In this document: positions 1 to 9,698 of the stretch, in pieces | Layout of the letters: each line of letters opens with the position of its first letter | Numbering within the stretch: the first letter of the stretch is position 1 | Assembly (NCBI GenBank): GCA_021784555.1 | Contig: JAJYHY010000002.1 | Location: forward strand, 16,827 to 80,826 | Source of the DNA: a bacterium | GTDB lineage: Bacteria; Verrucomicrobiota; Verrucomicrobiia; Limisphaerales; UBA8199 | Length of the DNA: 64,000 nucleotides | Direction of reading: 5' to 3' | The notes under the pieces: model-generated | The model's database searches: none | Told to the model about the DNA's origin: nothing | Seen by the model: only the letters and a program-made list of their open reading frames with translations | Position numbers and translations under genes: made by a program

Positions 1-502
1 GCTTACGGGGTTGCTGGCCGAAGTCCATCGCCGCGTTCGACAACGCCAATTCATTCTCCCGCTCGATTCGGTTCGAGTCTTTTGGATCAATCCAACCGCC
101 GATCTGCGCATCATGAACCTCCTCGAAGATTGGGGCGCCCGGCTCTGCGGCGCCGATTATATGTTCACCCATGCCCTGGATGTAATCCCCGAAGACCTGC
201 CGCCTTTGGAAGCTCTGGCTCGAACCGCATTGGCCGACCCCATGGCCGGCTCCGCGAGCGAACGCGCCCGGCGCATCGTGGCGGACTGCCGCGTCTTTCG
301 GGCCGAGGCGGTTGTCATCGCTCGCATTCCGGGAGCGAGCCATTGCGCGCGGGAAGGAACGATCCTCCGCAAGGTCGTTCATGAGGAGCTCGGCTTGCCC
401 GTGATCGACCTGGAGATTCCGCCGCTCTGCGATGCCCTGTTGCCCGCGCTCAGCGGCAGGTTGCAGGCGCTTCTCGAAACCGTCCGAAACCGGCGGCGGT
501 GA
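1..502 (+). CDS. 2-hydroxyacyl-CoA dehydratase subunit (HgdB/FldC-like), C-terminal part; starts before the window
   Basis: C-terminal pattern AEAVVIARIPGASHC...LGLPVIDLE...LSGRLQALLE resembles the HGD-D family tail. Confidence 0.6.
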   Translation, partial: LTGLLAEVHRRVRQRQFILPLDSVRVFWINPTADLRIMNLLEDWGARLCGADYMFTHALDVIPEDLPPLEALARTALADPMAGSASERARRIVADCRVFRAEAVVIARIPGASHCAREGTILRKVVHEELGLPVIDLEIPPLCDALLPALSGRLQALLETVRNRRR

Positions 503-613
503 GGCAAGTGAGCACAAATAGACGGGGGCGCCCATAGAAAGGTTTACTGTTCATTCTCAAATTCCCCTCCGCCCAAACACCAGCCGCGACGAAAGACCTT
601 CTGAGCAGCTTGT

Positions 614-654
614 GGAGTGATGGAAAATCCAATACTCCAGTATCCCATCATCCC
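614..654. repeat. Short octamer-type inverted/tandem repeat (GGAGTGATGG...ACTCCA), same family as 43804-43894
   Basis: ggagtgatggaaaatccaatactcca matches ggagtgatggaaaacccgacactcca at 43812. Confidence 0.65.
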
Positions 655-799
655 GCTCGCCCGTGTACCAATGTGGATTGCCTTGGTTTGGCTGTAAGAA
701 TTGCTGGTAGGCGGGGCGTCCGGACGGATGAAGGCTCGGCCGTCCCAGGCGAGGGGATAAGGCTTGGCTCTCCATCGCCTCCAGGGTAGGCTGGAGGAT

Positions 800-1333
800 A
801 TGGGCAAGGCATCACGAATTAGAGCTCAACGACGGCTGCGGCACGGCGGCGAAACAGCTCTGCTGCAGCGCGTACGAAACCTGGGCCTTGCGCCGGAGGT
901 GCGGGTGCTCAAAGACCCGGCTGGTTTGGAGAAGATGTCGGAGGTCATCGAGGAGTTCGCCGGGCCACTGCTGGAGCACTGTTCCCGAATGGACCAACGG
1001 CGCGGGGCCATTGGGCTGGCAGTAACGGCTTGGAACCTGAGCCTCTTGCCGGACGAGGAGCGCGAGAAGGAGTTGAGCCAGCACATACTCCCGAAGACCG
1101 GGCCGGAGATGAAAGACATCCTCACGACGATGGTCAAGCGCAAGCAGGCTCTTTATCGGGACATCCAGCGATTAATCCTCGATTACGAAATCACCGACAA
1201 GGGAAAGGACGCCTTGCGCCTGACCGTCATCTCCGCTGTTCCCCGCGACAAGATCCCGGCCGACCAACTTGACGGCATTCCGAGCCAGCCAGGCCGCGAC
1301 TTGCAGCGTGGTCGTGAGCAACGCGGCCGGTAG
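800..1333 (+). CDS. Hypothetical protein
   Basis: ORF with GGAGG immediately before ATG800; KMSEVIEEFAGPLL...AVTAWNLSLLP looks like a real globular sequence. Confidence 0.6.
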   Translation: MGKASRIRAQRRLRHGGETALLQRVRNLGLAPEVRVLKDPAGLEKMSEVIEEFAGPLLEHCSRMDQRRGAIGLAVTAWNLSLLPDEEREKELSQHILPKTGPEMKDILTTMVKRKQALYRDIQRLILDYEITDKGKDALRLTVISAVPRDKIPADQLDGIPSQPGRDLQRGREQRGR

Positions 1334-1394
1334 CGTCATCAGAGATGCGCACCGAAGGCGGGGTGCTGAAAAAGACCTGTCGTGCAGGTCACTG

Positions 1395-2981
1395 TCACTG
1401 CAACTTCACGGGGATGCCCATCGTCTGGGAGAAAAGGCGGGAGAGGGTCTCCCCAGTGCGCTCGCCGGCAACATTCTGGCCGAACTGGATCGTCGCCGAT
1501 ACGTCAAAGCTGTGGATCATCCGGCAGTAGGCCCCGTTCACCATCACCCCCAGCAATTCTCCGTGTTCGCTGAAAACCAAGTCGCCTCGCGACGGGTTGA
1601 ATTTGCCAAACAGGCCTTTGATGAAGCTCCGGTCCAGCTTCAAGTATCCGGGTGTCGAGGTGTCCATTTGAAAGTTGCATTCCCCATAATAACTTTCTCG
1701 CGCCCCCACCAGCACGGCTTGCTGGAACCGGAACGGGTCCGACGAAATTGTATAGACTTTGCACCCCAACTCTTGCGCTTCTTCCTTGGTTACCGGAATC
1801 AGCACCACACGCGGGTCCGGCCACGCAAACGACACGGAGCGGATGGGGACGGCGCGCGTCTTGCCCTCCAGCATTCCACTCAGCCCATCCCAATCCCGGC
1901 CCGGGCTGGAGAAAGCCAAGGGCGTATCCTGGACGTGGCACAAGGCGAACGTCCGGGTGCCGTCAGTCACGAGAATCGTCTCGGTGGTTCGCCGTTTGTT
2001 CGAGCCCAAAAACCCGTTGCGGACGGCATGAAATGCGGCTTCGACCCGGTTGGAAAGGAAATCGCTGAAGATGGTGTTGGGAACCAGCGGCGTGTTTTGA
2101 TGAATCTCCTTGGCCAACTCGCCGGAATTGGTCGCCAGGACTTTGACCCCCTGGGCTAATTGTTCCGCATGGTGAGCCAGTTGCGCGTTCTGTTTCCGTT
2201 GCGACTGCACCTCAGTTTGCATCTGGGCGACCTGCTGAGTGGCGGCTTGCGTCTGGGTCTCGGCGACCAGGAGCTTGCCGGTCAATTGCTCCTTCTCGGC
2301 CTGCACCACGGTGTTGCTGTCCGCCAGGTACGTGATCTGCCGTTGGAGGTCGGCGGCCTTGGCAACCTGCCTCTGGACCTCATTTTTCATGGCGGAGAGT
2401 TTCTCCTTGGAGATGACATCCTGGATGTTGGCCTGGTGCAGTCTCTCGTTCAAGGCATCCAGCCGTTGTTGCGCGGAGACGTACTGATGTTCCAGGTAGC
2501 CTCGCTGTTCCTGAAGCTGCTGGGCCTCCGCATTCTGCGTGTTCAGCCCCTGCTTCAGGGTCTCAACCAGCCGTTCACGTTCCACCAGCAAGGCTTCTCT
2601 TTGACTGGCCTCACGCCGTGCCTCGACCAGGAGGGCCTGTTTCTGACTGGCCTCTTGCTGAGCTTGGGCGAGCAGGGCCTGGTTGCGGCTAGCCTCCTCT
2701 TCGGCCTTGGCGAGCAGGGCCTGGTTGTTGCTGGCGGCCTCTTTGGCCTTGGCCAACTCCCGCAGGAGGGCCTGTTGGCCTTTTTGTTGCTCGTTCAAGG
2801 CCTGACGCATCACGGCGGCCAAGTCGTTCCTGCCGCTGTTCGTTTCGGTAGTTTGCGGCTCCAGCCTGCCCACGCGTTCAGTATCGGCGGGATTGCGAAT
2901 CCGGTTGATATCGACGTTGGAAAACGCCAACAGGCTCAGCAACAGGAAGTCGCACATGACGATTAGGATGCTCCGGTTCAT
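1395..2981 (-). CDS. Single-pass membrane protein: ExbD/MotB-like N-terminal TM helix, long coiled coil, trypsin-like C-terminal domain
   Basis: ILIVMCDFLLLSLLAF (Asp within TM); 14-aa repeats EASxxQALL; C-terminal RGDLVFSEHGELLGVMVN; 4-bp overlap with upstream gene. Confidence 0.6.
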   Translation of the reverse strand: MNRSILIVMCDFLLLSLLAFSNVDINRIRNPADTERVGRLEPQTTETNSGRNDLAAVMRQALNEQQKGQQALLRELAKAKEAASNNQALLAKAEEEASRNQALLAQAQQEASQKQALLVEARREASQREALLVERERLVETLKQGLNTQNAEAQQLQEQRGYLEHQYVSAQQRLDALNERLHQANIQDVISKEKLSAMKNEVQRQVAKAADLQRQITYLADSNTVVQAEKEQLTGKLLVAETQTQAATQQVAQMQTEVQSQRKQNAQLAHHAEQLAQGVKVLATNSGELAKEIHQNTPLVPNTIFSDFLSNRVEAAFHAVRNGFLGSNKRRTTETILVTDGTRTFALCHVQDTPLAFSSPGRDWDGLSGMLEGKTRAVPIRSVSFAWPDPRVVLIPVTKEEAQELGCKVYTISSDPFRFQQAVLVGARESYYGECNFQMDTSTPGYLKLDRSFIKGLFGKFNPSRGDLVFSEHGELLGVMVNGAYCRMIHSFDVSATIQFGQNVAGERTGETLSRLFSQTMGIPVKLQ

Positions 2982-4690
2982 GAGGAAGCAGCGAGCCCCG
3001 AGGTGGTCACCGGCGCCGCGGTCTCGGCGGAATTGGCTTCCGCCTCCAGCAGCAACCGCCGCCGCAGTGGGCGCACGTTGAATATCTTGAGAACGGCCAC
3101 GAAGATGATGCCGAAGGAAGTCGAGGAATAGGCCGCCATCAAGCTCAGCGTAATAATGCGAAACGACACCAATATGAGGCAGATAATCGTTCCCACAAAG
3201 CCGAGGTAAAGGCCGGCATCGAACAGGTTCTCCTCGTTTTCGAGGAGCTTGAGTTTGACACGCGCCACGACGCGCTGGCGCCGGATTTCCGCCAGCTTAA
3301 TCATGCAGGCGGTGTAGATGAGCCCCTGCAGGACAAAAAACAGGAGCAGCGTTAAGAGACTGTATAATTGGTCATTCATATTCAAGGTATGAGGGCCGGA
3401 TTTTCCCATCGGGGCCGTTAGCGTTGCCAAGGACAAGCGCAGCCGGAACGGCAGTATGGCTCTCTGGCTTTGCTGAGCGAGAAACGGCTCGCTCAGCAGC
3501 AGTACCACCAACAGGAAACCGAACGCAAACAAAACTTCGCGCGCGAGGTGGAAACCGCGCACCTGCAGCGGCGCCTCCAGAGGCGAAATAGGACGGCGCA
3601 TGAAATGGCCCGCCGCGGCTATCCAGAAGCCGCCGGAAAAATAGAGCAACCACTTCAAACCCAGCGCCAGCCAGGGCATGCGCCAGGAGTAATCCACCGC
3701 GACGGTCGCAAACTGCGCAAAGGGCGTGTACTGTGTTAGCCGGTTCCAAAACGGCGCCGGATGCGGACGTTTCTCCCCCGCCACCATCGCCTTGAGCGCC
3801 CCGGCGCCCAACCGCGCGCTTTGGGCCAGGTCGTTGAAGCCCGTTTTGCTGTATCTCATCAAGTAGTTCCCGACGGCCGCCGGCTCGCCGGAAAGGCGCA
3901 CCGTGGCGAACAGCAGCGGCAGTTGCTTGCCGGCATTGCGGACGCGATCCGCCAGCACACGCAGAGTCTGGGGACTCTCAATCTGGCTGACAAACACCAC
4001 CAGTTGGTCCCAATTGAACCGCTGGCCCAACGACATCAAATCCAGCAGCAGTTGCTCGAGCGGCTGCGATCCCTTGCCGGCGTTTGCCTCCGCGGCCATT
4101 TCCGCAATCGCGGGGCTGAATCCAAGCCGACCCTGCTCCAGCAGCAGACCGCAAAGCGAGACCGCGGTGTCCAGGGCCTGGCCGGAGGCCGATGGCGAGG
4201 GAGAAAAGATAACCGTGTTAGTCAACAGCCGGCATCCCAGCAGCGCTTGCACACTGGCCTGGCGCGAGGTCGATAAGAACTCCAGCACCTTCGCCCGGCT
4301 TGAGTCGCGCACCAAAAAATCGGTTATCGGCTTGGTCCCAGCCGTCGCGGCGTCGTCATTCGTCCCAAAGAGACGGTCCAACAGCGGCGCCGCGCCGCCC
4401 CAACGCAATAGCTCCGGCTGCTCCATCGCCAGGTTCCCAACCGCAAGGCCCAGTTTCCGCGTCCCCGCGAGGTGTTGCTGTCGGGCGACTTCAAGGCACA
4501 TCTCCGCCGCGCCCAATTGCTGTTCCTTGACCAGTGTCAAGCCCTCATCCACAATCGAAGGCGAACCCCTCCCCGCGACGCTCAGCACCGTATCATCAAT
4601 GGCCCGCAGGTGGGCCGGCATCAGCAGGCCACACACGAGCATCGCCAAACCGAGCAAGGCACACAGCGTAAACAAAAACCAGCGACTCAT
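2978..4690 (-). CDS. Membrane protein with C-terminal MotA/TolQ/ExbB-like helices
   Basis: Multiple TM segments; GLYLGFVGTIICL and AAYSSTSFGI resemble the LGLLGTV and TTAxG motifs of MotA/ExbB proton-channel proteins. Confidence 0.55.
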   Translation of the reverse strand: MSRWFLFTLCALLGLAMLVCGLLMPAHLRAIDDTVLSVAGRGSPSIVDEGLTLVKEQQLGAAEMCLEVARQQHLAGTRKLGLAVGNLAMEQPELLRWGGAAPLLDRLFGTNDDAATAGTKPITDFLVRDSSRAKVLEFLSTSRQASVQALLGCRLLTNTVIFSPSPSASGQALDTAVSLCGLLLEQGRLGFSPAIAEMAAEANAGKGSQPLEQLLLDLMSLGQRFNWDQLVVFVSQIESPQTLRVLADRVRNAGKQLPLLFATVRLSGEPAAVGNYLMRYSKTGFNDLAQSARLGAGALKAMVAGEKRPHPAPFWNRLTQYTPFAQFATVAVDYSWRMPWLALGLKWLLYFSGGFWIAAAGHFMRRPISPLEAPLQVRGFHLAREVLFAFGFLLVVLLLSEPFLAQQSQRAILPFRLRLSLATLTAPMGKSGPHTLNMNDQLYSLLTLLLFFVLQGLIYTACMIKLAEIRRQRVVARVKLKLLENEENLFDAGLYLGFVGTIICLILVSFRIITLSLMAAYSSTSFGIIFVAVLKIFNVRPLRRRLLLEAEANSAETAAPVTTSGLAASS

Positions 4691-4816
4691 CGCGAATACA
4701 CGCTCACTATCCTAAAACCCGGTACAATACAGGAAACTCAGGCCGGCGAAAGCTTAAATTTCGCGAGAAGGGTTTACATCCTTTGGGCCGCTTTTGGGAG
4801 TTGCTTCCTGGCGTGA

Positions 4817-6079
4817 ATGCTGTTTTCTAGTGAGGGTGAAATGCATTCTCCACTCCTGTTCGCAATGGCGATGAGCGCCGCGCTCGTTTCCAGGTCGGCT
4901 GCCGCCTTCAGCGTCGGGGTCAGTCCCGCACCTTCTTCCGCCACTGCGCCCTCCATCGTCGCGGAAAGGGCGAGGACTGACCCAAACGCCTCATCCCGAA
5001 CCTCTATGCGAGTCTATATTGGCACTTATACCGGCCCGAAGAGCCGGGGCATCTACATTGCGGCCTTCAATTTAGTGAGCGGCAGGCTCGGTAGGCCAAC
5101 GCTTGCCGCCAGTACACCCAGCCCAAGCTTTCTCGCCCTCCATCCCAAGCTGCCCGTGCTTTATGCCGTGGGAGAGACGAGCCAACTCGGCCCGAACAAG
5201 GAAGGAGCGGTCAGCGCCTTCCGCATTGAGGCGCAATCGGGAGAGTTGACGTTTCTGAACCGGGAACCGTCGGGAGGCCGGGGCCCCTGCCACCTCTCGG
5301 TGGATAGCGGCGGGAAATGGGTGTTGGTGGCCAACTACAGCAGCGGGAGCATCGCCGTCCTGCCGGTGGAGCCTGACGGCAGACTCGGAGCGGCTCGCAC
5401 GATTATGCAGCATCACGGATCGAGTGTGAACGCGAAGCGCCAGGCCGGCGCTCACGCGCACTTCATCACAACCGATCCGTCCGATTCCTTCGTGCTGGCC
5501 TGCGACCTGGGCCTGGACAAAGTCCTGGTTTATCGCTTCGACAGATTGACCGGGGCGCTCACGCCGAATATTCCGGGGGCGGCGGTGCTGGAGGCGGGGT
5601 CCGGCCCGCGGCACCTGGCGTTCCGTCCCGACGGGCGGCGGGTCTATGTCGTGAGCGAGATGGCAAGCACCGTAACGGCCTTTGACTATGACCCGGAGCG
5701 GGGCGCGCTTCATCAGTTCCAAACCGTCTCGACCATCCCGCGCGATTTCGGCGGTGACAATATCGCCGCCGAGGTCGCGGTTCATCCGTCAGGCAAATTC
5801 CTTTACGCCTCCAACCGCGGCCACGATACCATCGCGGTGTTCCGCATCGACCCGGCAACTGGCATGCTGACGCCGGTCGAATACCAATCGAGCTGGGGAA
5901 AGACGCCGCGCCATTTCGCTATCGACCCGACGGGCCGTTGGCTCCTGGCCGCCAATCAGGACTCGGATCGGATCGTCGTGTTCCGCATCAACCAGAGGAG
6001 CGGCCGCCTGCGCCCGACCGGCCAGGTGGTGGACGTGGGCGCGCCCGCGTGTGTTCTGTTTAGCGCGCCGAAGCTCTGA
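4817..6079 (+). CDS. pgl: 6-phosphogluconolactonase-family beta-propeller lactonase
   Basis: YIGTYT, GPCHLS, ANYSSGS, HAH, GSGPRH, SNRGHD and PRHF motifs; start codon uncertain. Confidence 0.85.
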   Translation: MLFSSEGEMHSPLLFAMAMSAALVSRSAAAFSVGVSPAPSSATAPSIVAERARTDPNASSRTSMRVYIGTYTGPKSRGIYIAAFNLVSGRLGRPTLAASTPSPSFLALHPKLPVLYAVGETSQLGPNKEGAVSAFRIEAQSGELTFLNREPSGGRGPCHLSVDSGGKWVLVANYSSGSIAVLPVEPDGRLGAARTIMQHHGSSVNAKRQAGAHAHFITTDPSDSFVLACDLGLDKVLVYRFDRLTGALTPNIPGAAVLEAGSGPRHLAFRPDGRRVYVVSEMASTVTAFDYDPERGALHQFQTVSTIPRDFGGDNIAAEVAVHPSGKFLYASNRGHDTIAVFRIDPATGMLTPVEYQSSWGKTPRHFAIDPTGRWLLAANQDSDRIVVFRINQRSGRLRPTGQVVDVGAPACVLFSAPKL

Positions 6080-6282
6080 AAGCACGTCCTCAGCAGGTCG
6101 AGGGTGCGTAATGTCCCCCTCAGGTTAATTGAGAATCGAGAATGAAGTATTGAGGATTGGAAATTGATGGCAAAACGGGAGCGTTATGACACTGAGAGAA
6201 CTGGATCAGCTTACAATCAAGGCCCTGATTTGTAGCGATCAACTCCTTGACGCCACCCGCCCGTTCAGGCCAGAGTCAGGGC

Positions 6283-6894
6283 ATGTACAAGATTATCGGA
6301 GCGGATGGAAAGGAGTACGGCCCGGTAACCGCGGACCAACTGCGTCAATGGATAGCCGAGGGCCGGGCAAATGCGCAGACGAAGGTGCTGCCGGATGGAG
6401 CCACGGAATGGATGGCTCTATCGGAGGTTGCTGAGTTCGCATCCTCTTTCCCCGCCAGCCCTCCGCCGCCGGTTCCGGAGTTGCCGCCCCAAAACGCGGC
6501 GGCAGTGGAGCAGGTGAGCGGGCCGGCGATCGGGCTGATGGCGGCGGCGGTGCTGGGATTCCTGGGCCAGGTAACGGGCATTCTTGTCCGGATGGCGGGC
6601 TTTTCGATGTGGCGCTCGGGCTACGGGATGATGCCACGCGGCATGCCCAACTGGGCAATGTTCATGTCGGGCACGCTTGGCTTCGCGCTGGGCCTGGTCG
6701 CCCTGGGCATGAGCGTTCTGGTCTTCGCCGCGGGGCTCCAGATGAAGCAGTTGCGCAATTACGGGCTGGCCATGGCCGGCAGCATTGCCGCCATGGTCCC
6801 CTGCGTTTCACCTTGTTGCTGGATCGGCCTGCCGATTGGGATTTGGGCGCTGGTCGTCCTGAGCAAGCCGGAGATAAAAGGCGCGTTCCATTGA
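6283..6894 (+). CDS. GYF_2/DUF4339-domain membrane protein
   Basis: N-terminal YKIIGADGKEYGPV...LRQWIAEGR; C-terminal TM helices with CCWIGLPIGIWALVVL. Confidence 0.8.
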   Translation: MYKIIGADGKEYGPVTADQLRQWIAEGRANAQTKVLPDGATEWMALSEVAEFASSFPASPPPPVPELPPQNAAAVEQVSGPAIGLMAAAVLGFLGQVTGILVRMAGFSMWRSGYGMMPRGMPNWAMFMSGTLGFALGLVALGMSVLVFAAGLQMKQLRNYGLAMAGSIAAMVPCVSPCCWIGLPIGIWALVVLSKPEIKGAFH

Positions 6895-6907
6895 GAGGGG
6901 AGGGGCG

Positions 6908-7357
6908 ATGAACGCCAGCAAATGCCGGACGCCTCCACGGATCGGAGACGCGCCCTCTGAAAGTATCCTCTTTTTCATTGCCCTGGGGATGCTGGGGGCG
7001 GGCGCGGTTCTGATGCTGTTCTTGTATAATCCCGCCAAATTCGGGTTTTATCCTGAGTGCTATCTTTATCGGACCACGGGCTTGTTATGTCCAGGCTGCG
7101 GTTCGCTGCGGGCGATGTATCAACTGTTCCACGGCCATTTGCTCACGGCGCTGCACGACAACATCCTCTTGGTGTGTTCACTCCCGCTGCTGATTTGGGG
7201 GACGGCGCGTTACATCGTGGCCCGGCTCAGAAACCTGCCCGCGCCCTTTGCCGTGCGCCCCTGGCTGGTCTGGTCCGCCGTAGGGGTGATGGTGGTGTTT
7301 GGAATCGTCCGCAATCTGCCGCTCGGACGCGCCATGGGATTGGCGCCTTACCCCTGA
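6908..7357 (+). CDS. DUF2752 membrane protein
   Basis: C-x5-TGLLCPGCGSLRA...LFHG motif and C-terminal FGIVRNL. Confidence 0.8.
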   Translation: MNASKCRTPPRIGDAPSESILFFIALGMLGAGAVLMLFLYNPAKFGFYPECYLYRTTGLLCPGCGSLRAMYQLFHGHLLTALHDNILLVCSLPLLIWGTARYIVARLRNLPAPFAVRPWLVWSAVGVMVVFGIVRNLPLGRAMGLAPYP

Positions 7358-7490
7358 CACCGCGGCCAGTGACAAGGCCAAGTACCTGAGAGCCGACAGG
7401 GAAACGCCCAGGGCATAGCAGCGCATGATCTACCCGGCCGAGAATGAGCGGGGCCTTGACCTGGCGCAAGCCGGGGGCCATGCTTGCTTC

Positions 7491-7718
7491 GTGAAAACGA
7501 TCTCACTTGATGAGGCAGAACGTCATTTCAGGGCGGTGTGTGAGGACGCGTTTTCCGGAGAAGTTATTCGGCTCAGGATGGCGGATGGCTCGCTCCTGGA
7601 GTTGACTCACATAGGGGCGGGGGAATCAGGCATCCTCTCCGATGAGGAGCTTAATCGGTGCTATGAGGAAAGCGACTGGGCCGCTTTTGAGAGCCGGTGC
7701 GCCGCCGCCAGCCATTAG
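7491..7718 (+). CDS. Small Phd/YefM-like antitoxin-type protein, orphan
   Basis: MKTISLDEAERHF...GEVIRL resembles the Phd N-terminus; preceded by TTGACC-17-CATGCT-6nt-GTG. Confidence 0.5.
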   Translation: MKTISLDEAERHFRAVCEDAFSGEVIRLRMADGSLLELTHIGAGESGILSDEELNRCYEESDWAAFESRCAAASH

Positions 7719-7866
7719 CCGTGGCGCCCTGGGAGATATGGACTTACGATTTCCCCGTTGAGGGAGCACATCCCTTTCGAGTTTTAGCAACTCTGCTCCT
7801 TCAACCGAGAGTCCCCCACTTCCGGCGTGACAACACGCGCCTTGCGTGGAACATTCTCGGACTTTT

Positions 7867-8601
7867 ATGAGAGTATTGAAGATAAGCAGCGTGCTGATGC
7901 TGGCGGCGGGCCTTTTGGTTGCCTGCGGGCAGAACGGCAAAAAGGAAGCCACAGAGACGGCGCCAGACACGAGCGCCACGGTTGGGGAGCAATCGACAAA
8001 TTCCTCCGGCAGCACCGGCACGGAGGATTCGCAAAACGCATTGAGCGGGACGAACGAGGTGGCGGTGATCAAGACCGGCATGGGCGAGATGGTGGTCGGC
8101 TTTTGGCCGGACGTGGCCCCGAACACGGTGGCGAATTTCAAGAAACTGGCCCGCCAAGGCTTCTATGACGGCACCTGCTTCCATCGTGTCGTCAAGGGCT
8201 TTATGATCCAGGGTGGCGACCCGTTGACCAAAGACCCCTCCAAAGAGGCCGAGTGGGGGACCGGCGGCCCCGGCTACCACATCGATGCTGAGTTTAGCCA
8301 CCGGCATCACGCGCGCGGCGTCATCTCCATGGCGCGCAACGGCGACCCCCGCGAACAGTACGGACAGCCGCCTCGCCCGCAATTCGCCAACAGCGCTGGC
8401 TCGCAATTTTTTATCTGCCAGGCCGATGACGGCTTTCTGGATGGGAAATATACCGACTTCGGCAAACTGATAAAGGGTTACGATGTTTTGGATAAGATCG
8501 CCAATGTGCCGGTCCGCCCCGTGGGCGGCGAGAACAGCCGGCCCATCAAGCGCGTGGATGTGATCAGCATCCGTATTGTCCCGGCCAACCAGGTGAAATG
8601 A
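7867..8601 (+). CDS. Cyclophilin-type peptidyl-prolyl isomerase, lipoprotein
   Basis: Lipobox LLVAC; APNTVANF, FYDGTCFHRV, FMIQGGDP, SAGSQFFI. Confidence 0.9.
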   Translation: MRVLKISSVLMLAAGLLVACGQNGKKEATETAPDTSATVGEQSTNSSGSTGTEDSQNALSGTNEVAVIKTGMGEMVVGFWPDVAPNTVANFKKLARQGFYDGTCFHRVVKGFMIQGGDPLTKDPSKEAEWGTGGPGYHIDAEFSHRHHARGVISMARNGDPREQYGQPPRPQFANSAGSQFFICQADDGFLDGKYTDFGKLIKGYDVLDKIANVPVRPVGGENSRPIKRVDVISIRIVPANQVK

Positions 8602-8624
8602 CTCCCTCCAACCAAGGAACAATC

Positions 8625-9128
8625 ATGAGTGAGGTGGCAATAATTCAAACGAGTGAGGGCGAGATGGTGGTGGAATTCTGGCCGGAGGTGGCGCCCAAGA
8701 CGGTCGAGAATTTCAAGAGGCTCGCGCAAGAGGGCTTTTACGACGGCACCTGTTTCCACCGGGTCATCCGCGATTTCATGGTCCAGGGTGGCGACCCTTT
8801 GACCAAGGACCCGAGCCAGGAGGGATGCTGGGGCACGGGCGGACCCGGGTACCAGGTTAAAGCCGAGTTCAATGACCGGCACCATGATCGCGGCGTGCTT
8901 TCAATGGCCAGGTCCCAGGAACCGGATTCCGCTGGGAGCCAATTCTTCATTTGCCATGGCAACTCGCGGTTCCTCGATCGCCAATACACCGCCTTTGGCA
9001 AGCTCATCAAGGGAGACGACGTGCTCGAAAAGATAGCCACCACCCCAACTCGCCCGCCGGACCGTCCGGTGAAGCGCGTGGTCGTAGAGAGCGTCAAAGT
9101 CAGCCCGGCGGAGACGGCGGGCGTCTAG
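8625..9128 (+). CDS. Cyclophilin-type peptidyl-prolyl isomerase, cytoplasmic paralog
   Basis: APKTVENF, FYDGTCFHRV, SMAR...SAGSQFFI, YTAFG. Confidence 0.9.
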   Translation: MSEVAIIQTSEGEMVVEFWPEVAPKTVENFKRLAQEGFYDGTCFHRVIRDFMVQGGDPLTKDPSQEGCWGTGGPGYQVKAEFNDRHHDRGVLSMARSQEPDSAGSQFFICHGNSRFLDRQYTAFGKLIKGDDVLEKIATTPTRPPDRPVKRVVVESVKVSPAETAGV

Positions 9129-9176
9129 CCCCTTGTCGAAGGACAGAGACAAACATGTTGTCGTTCCGATCAATTC

Positions 9177-9430
9177 CAATGACCAATGATTAATGCTCAA
9201 TTCTCAATGCTTAATGAGCGCTGTTCTCCGCAGGAGAACCTCACTTTCGCCGCGCCAGCGGCGAAAGTGCCTGGAGTCCTTGAATTTCAAGACATGTTGC
9301 AGAAAGGTCAAGTTTTGCCGTTTGTGCGGAGAGGGCGAACCGGCCTCGGGTGTGACGCCAGCGGCATTTTTCATTGGGCATTGGGCATTCGCCATTATTC
9401 ATTGGCGATGCCCAATGCCTAATGCCTCAT
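9177..9430. repeat. Inverted pair of CAATG-core heptamer arrays (9177-9217 and 9361-9430)
   Basis: caatgac caatgat taatgct caattct caatgct versus cattggg cattggg cattcgc cattatt cattggc; the right part recurs inverted at 30117-30190. Confidence 0.7.
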
Positions 9431-9501
9431 GTGAAATGTTCAATGAGATGGAAAAGGTGCTCCGGGGCGCCTCGTTAGAGTTAGATCTGTGCCCCGCACA
9501 C

Positions 9502-9696
9502 ATGACCATTGAGGAACTCGCCGGTCTGCTGGCCGGCTTAGGGTGTCCGGTCGAGAAATCGACGGCTATGGCCGCCCAACTCGATAAGCGAGCCCGGCAG
9601 TTGGCGGAAGCCAAGGACCGCACCTATCAAGAGGCATTGGAGCACTTGCTTCGGCTCATGAGCCAGGGTTGGGCGGCCAAAGAACGAGGGTTTTGA
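9502..9696 (+). CDS. Small hypothetical protein
   Basis: LGCPVEKSTAMAAQLDKRARQLA...LLRLMSQGWAA; directly upstream of the NUDIX gene. Confidence 0.6.
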   Translation: MTIEELAGLLAGLGCPVEKSTAMAAQLDKRARQLAEAKDRTYQEALEHLLRLMSQGWAAKERGF

Positions 9697-9698
9697 AT

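Noticed and set aside
1395-4690. Zorya ZorAB defence system
   Set aside because: No OmpA domain on the B-like subunit, the coiled coil is on the wrong subunit, no ZorC/D/E neighbours, and the context is housekeeping.
7867-9128. Tandem cyclophilins as a template/variable repeat pair
   Set aside because: Both are intact, generally diverged paralogs (lipoprotein and cytoplasmic); differences are not adenine-specific.
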